Source: Tubulanus polymorphus
Taxonomy: Eukaryota; Animalia; Nemertea
Length of the DNA stretch: 64,000 nucleotides
Reading direction: 5' to 3'
NCBI RefSeq assembly: GCF_964204645.1
Contig: NC_134029.1
Location: forward strand, 16,176,950-16,240,949
Within the stretch, counting starts at the first letter, position 1. Each line of letters begins with the position of its first letter. This document shows positions 1 through 11,545 of the stretch, one piece after another. The translations under genes and the position numbers were made by a program. The notes under the pieces were generated by a model. That model ran no database searches and was not told the origin of the DNA. It was given only the letters and a program-made list of their open reading frames with translations.

Positions 1-6
1 TCGACA

Positions 7-3000
7 ATGCGAAACCAAACTGGCAGATCTATCAAAGATTTACCGTATCTGAAAGGTTTGAAATTAGCGCATCCGTTTTCTACCGAATCACACTTCGAAA
101 TCGACATTTTAATCGGTGCCGATTTCTATTGGTCAGTGGTCGGTAACCACACAATCCGCGGAAATGGACCCACGGCAGTATCTTCGAAATTAGGGTATCT
201 TCTCTCTGGACCGCTTAGTGATTGCGATCCAATAAATACTGCACGAGTTTACAACGTGGATGTTACGTCACATCGTTCGGAGGAAGTCAACCTCCAAAAA
301 TTCTGGGATCTCGAATCCATAGGCGTAACTGATGCAACAGAAGCGGCTTCAAAAGAATTCAATCTACTCGACTACTGTCAATCAAGCCTGACGACATCCG
401 ACACGGGACGGTATACTGCGAAGTTGCCGTGGAAGAGTGGACACGCCCCTCTTCCGACAAATTACTATGTTACTCGAAACATAACACAATCGATGATTCG
501 TCGGCTATCGCCGAAAATTCGAAATGTTTACCACAACATTATCATGGATCAATTATCGCGAGACTTCATTGAAGAAGTCGCAGATGATGACCGAAACAGG
601 TAATTATTTAACGCATCGCGCGGTCAAGAAGGAATCGTCAACAACCCCTATCCGTATCATCTATAACGCTTCTTTATCGACCGCGGGAAACCCTAGTTTA
701 TATGATTGTTTGGAGACCGGTCCGACGCTGCTGAATGACCTCGGTTCAATCCTGATCAGATTCAGGTTGCATAAATTCGGATTGTCGGCGGATATCGAAT
801 AGGCGTTTCTTCAAGTTGGTCTGCACGATGATGATCGCGAGTATACGAAATTTCTATGGTTGACTGATCCTAAGAATCCAGAAAGTGAACTCAAAACCTA
901 TCGCTTCAAGGTTATATTGTTCGGTGTGGTAAGTTCACCCTTTATATTGAATGCTACTGTTCGTTTTCATCTAAATAATTATAATAACCATGTATCACGT
1001 GACTTAGTTAAAAATATATATGTCGACAACGCGATTAGTGGATGTGAATCTGAGAGCGATCTCATGAAATACTATACGAATGTCAATAGCATAATGAAAA
1101 ACGGCGGATTTAAACTTCAGTCTTATGCTTCTAACTCTTCGTTACTGAAGGCCAAAGCAGATTCCCATAATTCATCGGACGAAAAAACTATTGTTTCTAC
1201 GCTTGGACTCCAATGGGATACGGTGAATGATACGCTGTCATTCCAAAACAAACAAGCATTCGCCAATCCTGACTTGATTACCAAACGCGAAATCGTTAAT
1301 ACTGTCTCGAGTCTTTATGACCCGTTAGGATACGTCTCGCCTGTCCATATTAAGTCGAAGATGTTCGTTCAGCAGTTGTGGAAGGAAGGTTATGAGTGGG
1401 ACGAAACCCTACCCGAGCGCGTAGTCGAATCGTGGATCTCGTTGATAACGGAATTGCGTGAAATTAGCGAAATACGCGTTGATCGAGGCTACTCAAAATC
1501 GGAAACGAAATCGGAAGCTAAGTACGAATTGCACACTTTCTGCGATGCGAGCCAATTGGCATACGGCGCTTGCGTTTATCTAAAACGTGGAGATCAGACG
1601 GTACTCGCCATGTTTAAATCGCGTGTGGCACCTGTTAAAAAACATACGATACCGCAGTTAGAATTAATGGCCGCGTTGATTGGTGCTAAATTAACAGATT
1701 ACGTACGAAACAGTCTGATTACTGAAATAGTCATAACAAAGTGCGTGCTCTGGTCAGATAGCCAGATTGTGTTACACTGGATCAACTCCGAGAAAAAGCT
1801 TCCCGTCTTCGTAGCTAATCGCGTGCGTCAAATTAAATCGGTAACAACAATCGGTCGCTATAAATATTGTCCGACGAGTGACAATCCGGCTGATATGTTA
1901 AGCAGAGGAATATCGTGCGAACAAATTACGCGATGCACGCTCTGGTGGAATGGCCCTAGCTGGCTTAGCAACGGTAATTATCCCACCTGCGACACGATCA
2001 ATCGAGCAGTTTTGCTCATAACCGAAATGGACGAGGACAAACAGCCTGACGAAAAAATCTGCGAAAACAACGAAGTCGGAATATGTAACGTAATAGATCA
2101 GAACGATTTCACTTCGTTAACAAGGCGATTACGCGTAACCGCGCTAGTTCGACGATTTATTAAAAAGTTAAGACGCGAAAACCATGAATCGGATGAAATA
2201 ACTGCTAACGAAATAGCAGAATGCGAAGATCTATGGAACAAAGGTGTTCAATCGAGTTACTTCAATGACGTGAAAGTTAGTTTAGAACATAAATCTAAGA
2301 AAAGGCCATCACTTGTAAAGAAACTTTGTTTGTTTTTAGAAGATATCATTCGTGTTGGAGGCCGTCTCCATAACGCGCCCATCGGATACGATGCAAAGTT
2401 TCCGATATTGTTACCTCATTGTAGATATAGTGAATTAATCATACTGGATTCCCATAATAAGGTCAAACACCTCGGTGCAGAATCTACTATAACCATAGTC
2501 CGACAAAAGTATTGGATTACTCGTGTTCATCAAGTGGCTCGGAAGTTGTTGAGAAAATGCGTCATATGCAAATATATCACCGGTAAACCGTACTCGTTAC
2601 CAAACTGCGCTCCGTTACAATCTTCGCGTTTGAAAGAGGCTCCACCCTTCACCGTCTGTGGTTTAGATTTCACCGGTGCACTACATCTTCGGTCGAAATC
2701 CGGGGAGGAGTCACTCGCGTATATATGCTTGTTTACTTGCGCGAACACGCGTGCCGTCCATCTGGAAGTGGTAACGGACATGACTACGTCAACATTCCTA
2801 CACGCGTTGAGGAGAATGGCTGCCAGACGTTCGTTACCACAGAAAATAATATCGGACAACCAATCAACCTTTATTGCGAGTAACAATGCTGTCAAAAAGA
2901 TATACGAATCGATCGAAACCCGAAACTTCAGCCTACACCGATCAGAGTGGGTCATGATAACTCGTCGTTTGGTGGATTTTACGAAAGGCTAGTTGGAATA

Positions 3001-3708
3001 ACAAAAACCGCGATCAAAAAAGTTCTGGGGCGTGCGCGAATATCCCTGCTGGAATTGATTACGATCGTATCAGAGACTGAACAAGCTGTAAATAATCGCC
3101 CGATATCGTACTGTTCATCTGATGTGGACGACCCAGAACCTTTAACCCCGTCACATTTCCTTCACGGTTGCGTTCTCACGAGTTTACCGCATCTGTTCGT
3201 AAGTTACGATGAACTGACCGACCCGACGCTTGGAAATGTGCCGTCAGAATTTGAAAAATGTTCGGTGCGAATCGGTTCATTAAAACAACATCTGTGGAAA
3301 CGTTGGGCTGAGGAATACGTAACAGCCCTACGCGAAAGACACATCCAATTTAAAAATCGCGGATTAACTGGAAATACCATCAGAAAGGGTGATGTCGTGT
3401 TAGTACACGACGACAATCATAATTCGCGTCTGAAATGGAAACTAGCACTGGTCGAGGAACTCGTTCCGGGGAACGACGGCTTAGTTAGAACCGCTAAGAT
3501 CAAAATTTCGAATGGCAGAACTAATCAACCAATTAGCAAACTCTACCCTCTTGAAGTGCGCGTCGCAGATCCCTCGAACACGTGCAAACCGGACTCAAAC
3601 GTAAATTCTGCACCCGTCACACGTCATTCGACGAGAAAGGCAGCTGCCGCGGCTAGAAATAACATCAGTAGATGGGCTAACGTGCTGTCTGATACATGTA
3701 GTAGTTAA
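7..3708 (+). pseudogene. BEL/Pao pol polyprotein (protease region, RT, RNase H, integrase, DUF5641-like C-terminus), disrupted
   Basis: Motifs IDILIGADFYW, SADIE*AF, FGVVSSPF, YVDN, FCDAS...AYG, IPQLEL, WSDS, NPAD, DFTG, SDN, GGFYERLVG, LTPSHFL; frameshifts near 600 and 2950 and stop at 800-802. Confidence 0.93.
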
Positions 3709-3970
3709 TTAATTGATAACCGCTCAGGTCAACGCTAGGTCACTCGGACCTAAACAACAGACACAACGCAATGTAATAGACTTTATAATCTTAGTTTTAG
3801 AATTAATTTCAATTATACACATCATTTTTAGTTGTCAGTAGTTCCTTATCTGACTATCATAAATTTATAACAATATACATGCATCATTTATTCGAATATC
3901 GGTATTATTTAGTTGTAGTAACATTTTTCTTAATTACATCTATCTAGTAATTTTCTGTCGCCCGGGAGAA

Positions 3971-4187
3971 TGTCGGGAATTGTTATATGTCAGTTACCAG
4001 TAACGCACTCCCCTCAGTTCATGTAACCCCGCCTATGTAAGCCCCGCATGAACTTATGCTGTAGCGAGTAGATAAATAAATCTGAGTTTACTTAGACACC
4101 AAACATATTAGTCGTTGTTCACCTCTCCGGCGGTCTTGCTTATTTTACTCAAACCTGGACCATTTAATGTGGCAATCATAGCCCACA
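3971..4187 (+). repeat. Putative 3' LTR of the BEL element (217 bp)
   Basis: Starts TGTCGGG just after the purine tract, contains AATAAA (4075-4080), ends GCCCACA; the second LTR is not in the window. Confidence 0.65.
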
Positions 4188-6098
4188 CTGGTATACCAGC
4201 CACTTAGTGTCAGTCACTGCATCATATGCTTCCTTAATCAAAAACCAATCATGATTAAATTTGATAATCCGGGTGCCTTTTGTATACTCGAGTTTGTTCT
4301 TTGATGAAACATGCAGACAGTTATGTTTACAGATGTCAGCAGAATGAATCTGGTCTTTAGAGGTATCAAATAACGACCTGATCTCTGAAAAATTGTAAAG
4401 AAAAACTATTAAGTAAAGTGTTGCTTTTATATACTGTTTAGACCATTCAATCCAAGCATGCATTTAGGAGTTATGTATTGGGTAACAACTTATGTCACAA
4501 TTCGCCAAATTGTCAGCAGATGTCTTTGGGTAGGTACACCAACACATACCACATATCATCAAGACCTGGGCTAAAATCTAAATTTTTACTTTCAATTAAT
4601 TTACCTGATTCAGTTATCCCATTTCTCTGCTGCTGGTTCTTGCCACGTGTAGTTGACTGCTCATCTGATCCTAAAACAGAATGAAAACATGGTGTTATCA
4701 AAATGTAGGCCAAGACATAAGTGATGCTGTATCGCTGCTGAAATTATTTTTGGCCTTAATAAGGTGCCTTTACCTGTCGATTGAGTCTGCCTTGATGCCT
4801 CTTCATTGTTGTTTGGCTGCTGTACCAGTACTGTCGATTGAGTCTGCCTTGATGCCACTTCATTGTTTAGCTCCTGTACCAGTACTTCCGATTGAGTCTG
4901 CCTTGATGCCACTTCATTGTTTGGCTCCTGAACCGGTACTGTTGTTTCAGACCATTTAAAGATAGATCACACTGACTTAACAAGTCCAAGTGTGGAGATA
5001 GGTTGTATCTTAAAGGGTCTGTCAGTGATTTCAGGGACAACATAAAAAAATTTCCAAATTGAAGCATACCCAATGGGTAGTTTATTTCATCATGCAAAGT
5101 TTGAGTTCTGGAAATAGCAGCACTGTTGGTATGATATCACGGACAGGCCCTTTAAGAAAACAAAATAAGTGCATGTGCAGTACAATTTCAGACAGACAAC
5201 AACAACAGACAGACATGTTATTTTATATGAATATAAATAATATGAAACAAGCAGACCACCACCTGACAGTATTATAATCTTACCATACTCAGCTGACCAT
5301 ACTACGTCTAGCCCCCAAAAAAAATAATTTTAAATCTATACGCCTCCTTAATTTGTCGAGGGCAACAACTAGTCTTAAATAGGTCCACTCTTATCCATTA
5401 ACTGAAACTGTGATTGTGAGAAGAGGACAACCACTAACTCGTTTGACTTTTTTTAGTTATAAACTTGTGTCTGACAGGCCTGCTAAGCAGAAAAATCACT
5501 GTTCTGTCAGAGAAATAGGATTAAAAATAATGACACACTGAAGAAATCCTTCTGGTTTGGGCTATATCATGAGGTATTAAACATCGTTTAATGTTTTTTT
5601 CGAGCAGTGAATAAACTACTTAATTTGAATTTGAATTTAAGCCTGTAGCTTTTTTCGTCGTCGCCGCCGATAATCAGAAGCAATGAAAGGGATGTAGACC
5701 TGTCAACTGATTAATTGAAATTCTACTACACATTCGGCGATTTAATTCAGAAAAATATCAAGAACATACGTTTAAAATACTTCAAAATCCCTGGCGAATT
5801 CATGGAATTCCGCTTCATGTTTGATGTTCACGACGACTCGTTTCACTTCCGCGTCAGTCGTATTCTTAAACGGCCGTTCATTGGACGAGACCAGACGAAA
5901 TGCCATTTCACAGACGATTTAAACCAATCAAAATGCGCGATACATCCGGTGACATCGGTCATACTATGTAGCGTTAGAAAACGATCTAGCGCTTAGAATG
6001 CGAACGAAAAATCGCATCGGGTTGAAAAAAGTTGTCGGGTCCGATTTTACAAGTTGTCGGGACTTTGACCCGGGACCCGGCTTCTAATGCAAACACTG
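4188..6098 (-). mobile_element. Probable hAT transposon 5' part (ZNF862-like N-terminal zinc-finger region), cut by the BEL LTR
   Basis: Minus strand begins CAGTGTTTGC at 6098 (hAT-like terminus); exon-like segment encodes KFNHDWFLIKEAYDAVTDTKWLVYQ ending exactly at the LTR boundary. Confidence 0.4.
4774..4941. repeat. Tandem repeat, ~3 copies of 57-60 bp
   Basis: Unit cgattgagtctgccttgatgcc(a/t)cttcattgttt...gtaccagta; encodes ASRQTQS..LVQ..NNE on the minus strand. Confidence 0.9.
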
Positions 6099-7149
6099 GA
6101 TTGATACAATATCATTTCGCAAAAGAAATTGAAAAAACGAGTGCGATTGAAATAGATATAATTCCTTATTGACTATCAAACAACAATTTTTATAAGATTA
6201 ATCATTATTTACTATTCTTCTTGGGAACAAGCTTTATGCCTTTTTAGCCCACTTGGGACTTTAGTCCCAGCGGGCTATTGCATTCACTTTTCGTCCGCCG
6301 TTCATCCGTCCATCCCTTCTTCCGTCCGTCCGTAGACGGAATCCAGTTATTTGGGAAGTTTTGAAGATGCTTCAAGGTAATGTCTTGATATTTGGTTTAT
6401 ACATGTATCTACCCTAGACACATCTTCAGCCCAAAAACTGGCCCTGTCAGAATCTAGGCCGACTGGCAGCCATTGTTGTTTGCCAAAATCAGCAATTTTT
6501 ACATGTTTTTGAACTTTTTGAGGAAAATTTTGAAGACGCCTTCATCAATTACCTTGATCTTTCGTATATATTTGAACCCCGCCAGGGCCCATCAGCATAA
6601 CAAAAATTGGGTTGATCGGACTCAAGATGGTCGTTCTAGGACCTTTTAAGTGCCCAAAAATGTCAATTTTGGCCCTAATTCTGAGTCCTGTAGCTTCCTA
6701 CTGGTTTGCCATTTCTCATAGCAATTGCTGATGCTTACCTAAGCATATTTTGTTTCAATAATGAATTAGAAAGTTGTAGCTTATAACGTGTTCTATGATT
6801 GTGGTGAGTTTCAAGTTCATTGGTTTTTGTATATGGCCACCAGGGGGCATTGAATAATACAATATATATTCATTCTTTATTTTGCTAATAAACATGAATT
6901 AAATATAAATTACATAATTTTTTTTTTTTATACATATATTAGCAGGGTAAACCTGTTAAAAGTTTTCACTTGTAGCAACAGGTACCCCAATACACACTTC
7001 ACTCTCGCCCACACATTCATACTTTCGCATTCACACATGATTTTCTACTGCTACAGTAGGCTTACAAAAATAGGTATATAATAGTAAGATGATATAGGTA
7101 CAGTTACATTGTTTGAATAATTCATTGGGGTTTCTTTTATTGATAATGA

Positions 7150-10100
7150 TTAATAATTACTAATTATGAATTCCTTATAAGCTGACTTAAAGATCTCTAG
7201 GGAAGGTGATGATTTGAAAATATTACTCATTTCATTCCAAAGTTTTGGGCCATTGTAACTAAGGAAATTTCGGCTAAAGTTATTTCGGCAAAAGGGTAGT
7301 ACAAAATAGTTTGTGTGGCAGGTTCTGCGATTTCTGTTTAACTCGAAGAAGCCATTGAATACATCTGGTAAAAGGTTTGATACATACATGTACATAAATT
7401 GGGCAACTTGTAATTTGTTAACGTCATCTGCTTTTAGACTATTTACATCTTTAAATAATGGGCTAGTATGTGCTTAGTAGTGGGTTTTAGTTATAGTTCT
7501 GATTACCTTTTTTTGAAGAAGAACAATCCTATTTAAGTTAGTGTGGTGGTTTCCCCAGACAATATTACAATAGTATATATGTGGATATATCATAGTATAG
7601 TATAGTTCAATAAGAATCTTCGTGGGCAAGTATGTTGCCAGTCTGCAGATGATACCAACATGTTTCGAGATTTTTTGAGAAGTTTGCTAGATATGTGGTT
7701 TCCAATTGAGGTCTTCGTCAATATATACACCTAGAAATTTGGAGTAAGGCAGTTTTTTTAAGATGTTACCATTTAAAGAAACATGTAAGTCAGGTTTTTT
7801 TCTAGCTGTGCTGAATATAAGATAACGTGTTTTTACTAGATTAAGTGATAATTTGTTTGCACAGAACCAGATGAATAGCTTTCCTAATTCTTGATTCACA
7901 ATATTTTCAAGGATATCAGGGTTTCTATGACTAGCAAAAGTGTTGGTATCATCCGCAAACATGATAAATCTAAAAATTTCTGAAGCATTTGTACAATCAT
8001 TTATATAAAGAATGAATAATAAGGGTCCTAGTATAGAGCCCTGTGGTATTCCACAGCTTATAGTTCTTGGGGTAGAAATACAATCTTTATATTTTACAGA
8101 CTGCTGCCTATTAGTTAAGTAGTTTTTAACCCATAATAGTGCACTTCCTCTAATGCCATAATGTTCTAGTTTGGGAAACATAATTTTGTGGTCAATCGTA
8201 TCAAACGCTTTAGATAAATCTAGAAATCTAGGGTTTCTATGACTAGCAAAAGTGTTGGTATCATCCGCAAACATGATAAATCTAAAAATTTCTGAAGCAT
8301 TTGTACAATCATTTATATAAAGAATGAATAATAAGGGTCCTAGTATAGAGCCCTGTGGTATTCCACAGCTTATAGTTCTTGGGGTAGAAATACAATCTTT
8401 ATATTTTACAGACTGCTGCCTATTAGTTAAGTAGTTTTTAACCCATAATAGTGCACTTCCTCTAATGCCATAATGTTCTAGTTTGGGAAACATAATTTTG
8501 TGGTCAATCGTATCAAACGCTTTAGATAAATCTAGAAATATACCAACTGTTGTTTCTCCTTTAACTAGCGTTTCGATAATCTTATTAGTTATAAAAGTTA
8601 ATGCCATTGCCGTTGAATGGTTTCGTCGAAATCCAAATTGAGAATCACTTAACACTTTGTGTCGATGAAGAAAACGATTGATACGGTTGTACATTATTTT
8701 TTCCAGGATTTTTGAAATACAGGGTAGTATAGATATGGGCCTATAATTGTTGAATTGTTCTTTATCATCTTTTTTATGTATAGGGATGATAACAGACATT
8801 TTCATACTTTCCGGTATTTTTCTGGAGTTTAAGCTACAGTTGAAAATATGCATTAGAGGAGTTGATATAAGTTTAATTACGTTTTTGACGATTTTCTGAC
8901 TAATATTATCAATTCCGCAGCTATGTTTGGATTTGAAGTTCTTCACAATCATTTTGATTTCTTTCGTAGTTACTGGAACTAAAAATGCACTCTCGAAAAT
9001 TCTGTTGGTTAAAAAAGAATCAAATTTTGTTTCCGTGAAAGGTATTTCATTGGCCAAGCATGGACCAACATTTATAAAAAAATTATTAAATCGTTCAGCG
9101 ATTTCTTGATTATTTGTTAAGAACCCGTCTACATCTTTCTCAGGATATTCATTTTTGGTATTTTGTTTATTCATACAAGATTTAATAGTTTTCCAAGTTT
9201 GCTTATGATCATTTGCCGATTCCTCGAACTTTCGAATATAGTATATTTTTTTGCTTCTTTCAGACAATTATTGAATTTATTACGGTAATTTTTGTAAAGA
9301 TAAATAGATGCAGGGGTCTTATTATGGATATATTTCCTGTACAAAAGTTTTTTTGTTTTAAAGATGCTAGGAGACCTTTAGTCATCCATGGATTTTTCCT
9401 GTCTTTATACATATTGAATTTTCTATGCTCAATATTAAAACAGTCATCATATAGCCGTTTGAATTTTTCAACAAAATTGGTATATGCTAGGTCAGTGTCA
9501 TTTTGGAGTAATATCCCATGCCAATTTTCTGTCATAAGCCGCCTTCTAAATAAGTTTGTATTTCTGTCTCAATAATTCCTATAGCTGATAAATTTGGGTT
9601 TCACATGGGTGATTTTCATATCAATAGTAGTGAATATTGGCATGTGATCAGAAATGTCGGACATCAATATGCCTGATTTGCTAGTACAATTAAAGTTTAT
9701 AAAAATATTATCTAACAGAGTGGAAGACGTGAGTACGAGTTGGTTTATCTATAAGGGGAACAAAATTTTCACTGGAGAGACAAGAAGTAAAATTATTAGT
9801 CGGTATATACTTGTCGTTCAAAATATTTATATTAAAGTCCCCATGAGAATCACTCTATCAAAGTTAGATAATTTATCTAAAATGGTAGAAAATTCCTCTA
9901 CGAAATTATTAATATTCAGATTTGGCGGTCTGTAGAATAAACCAACTAGGAAATTTTCTTTTGATCCTGGGCTATATATTTCAATCACGTGAAACTCCAT
10001 GGACCCAGACTCAATGACTAAATCAGATCTAATTTGATAATTAAAGTTGTTCTTCATATAGAAAACTAATCCACCTCCTCTACTATTATTTTTTCTGCTT

Positions 10101-10400
10101 TTAAAAAATGACTTATAACCCTCAAGATAAAACATGCTATCATTATCATATTCTCCACTGGTCCAAGTTTCTGTTAATCCGATTAGGTCGAAACTAGAGT
10201 CACAGGCTTTTAATAATAATTATAATTGGTCAAAGTTTTTGTTAATGCTTCTTATATTTGCATGGAATAATTTTAGTCCCTTTCGGGAACAGTTGAGAAA
10301 TTAGTAATAGAATAGTAGTTACAGTCGGACTGATTCATGAAACCAGTTGAAATTTTCTATTTGTAAAGTAACCTCCAGATCAGTGTAGCTGTATATACCA
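7150..10400 (-). pseudogene. LINE ORF2 (APE endonuclease + reverse transcriptase), multiple stops/frameshifts
   Basis: HANIRS, LTETW, GGGL, LFYRPP, NNYRPISILP, QFGFR, FLDLSKAFDTIDH, GIPQGSILGPLLF, FADDT, KFLGVYID; 5' boundary approximate. Confidence 0.9.
7918..8539. repeat. Perfect tandem duplication, period 312 bp, inside the LINE RT
   Basis: 7918-8227 equals 8230-8539; 104-aa block FLDLSKAF...FADDTNTFASHRNP repeated in frame. Confidence 0.97.
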
Positions 10401-10551
10401 TTCACATAGCTTATCGAACAAATACATGTATACAGTAGAATTGAGATTAAATACAGGATCATAAGATCCTATAATAGTGTTGGTAGCTTAATCTATCTAT
10501 GCAAGTTGCTAGCTACAAATAAATGCTATTTTGATTAATTATATACAAGAC

Positions 10552-11545
10552 TTACTCCGTAAATTCGATTTTATAAAAGGACAATTTAAAACGGTATGTA
10601 GAGTTGAAGTTTCTCTTTCTTCTGATTTCCCGGCCTAACCGCATAAACATTACCATTTACAGTCCATACATAAGAAAAAAGTTTACTTTTCACGGCGCGA
10701 TTTACTAACTGCAAGATTTCGGGGGCTAGGTCTTCTTTTATCGTTATTCCTGTGTCATTGAAAAGTTTTTTGTTGAAGTAGACGTTGTTGCGGATTTCAC
10801 GGTTGGTGAATCTTATAATTATGCTATCAGCTTATGTTGATTTTTGCCTGCTAGGCACACGATGTGCTATATCGATATCTTTGCATTTGATGTGTAAGTC
10901 TATGTTTTTCTCTCTGAATTTATTGTTGATCGTTGACATGGAGGTTTCCTTACAATTTTCGTTTTTTTCTTTCTGCTCTACTCCAAATAGTCTCAAGTTG
11001 TTTCTTCTCGAGTATTGCTCGTTTTCTATAGTTTTACGTTTAATATCCAAGGTTTCGCGTCTTATTTGTTTTTCGAATTCATCACTTGAGGTTTTCGCTT
11101 TTCTAAACAATTCAATTTCCTGCTTTAATATCTTGTTTTCATGTTCGAGATCGTATAGTCTGGTTTCAGTTTGATGAATCATATTTTCGATTTTTCGATC
11201 ATGTGCTGCGATTTTCTTATCTATTTTGTCAATCATCTCATTTTTAAATTCCTCCAAAGACTTAGTTGTAACCATTTCAGACTTAATGTTAGAGACGACT
11301 TGCAAAATCTTTTGCAGGCTTGCTTCATCGGAGATTTCCTCTTCGTCGTCGGTAGCTGTTGATGTTCGCGGTCGGAATTTTTTAACTCTCGGCTGTGTAG
11401 TTTTATTTTTTTCAATCGGTTGCGCAGTTTTTCTACTGTTATCGCTTTCGTTTCCGTCCATTTGGTTACCCGTAGTTCCATTTCCAGAGATAGTTTGTAA
11501 ATCCGGTGATTTTTCAGCAAACTGTTTAATCGTAGTTTGGCTCAT
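10552..11545 (-). pseudogene. LINE ORF1 (coiled coil + L1-like RRM/CTD), one in-frame stop at 10832-10834
   Basis: EQYSRRNNLRLFGV, IDIAHRV; after the stop the frame continues IIIRFTNR...ITIKEDL...VWTVNGNVY. Confidence 0.85.

Larger units (their letters stand above)
1..4187 (+). mobile_element. BEL/Pao LTR retrotransposon, 3' part (5' end outside window)
   Basis: Pol order protease-RT-RNaseH-integrase typical of BEL/Pao, followed by a purine-rich tract (gggagaa) and a TGT...ACA LTR. Confidence 0.93.
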
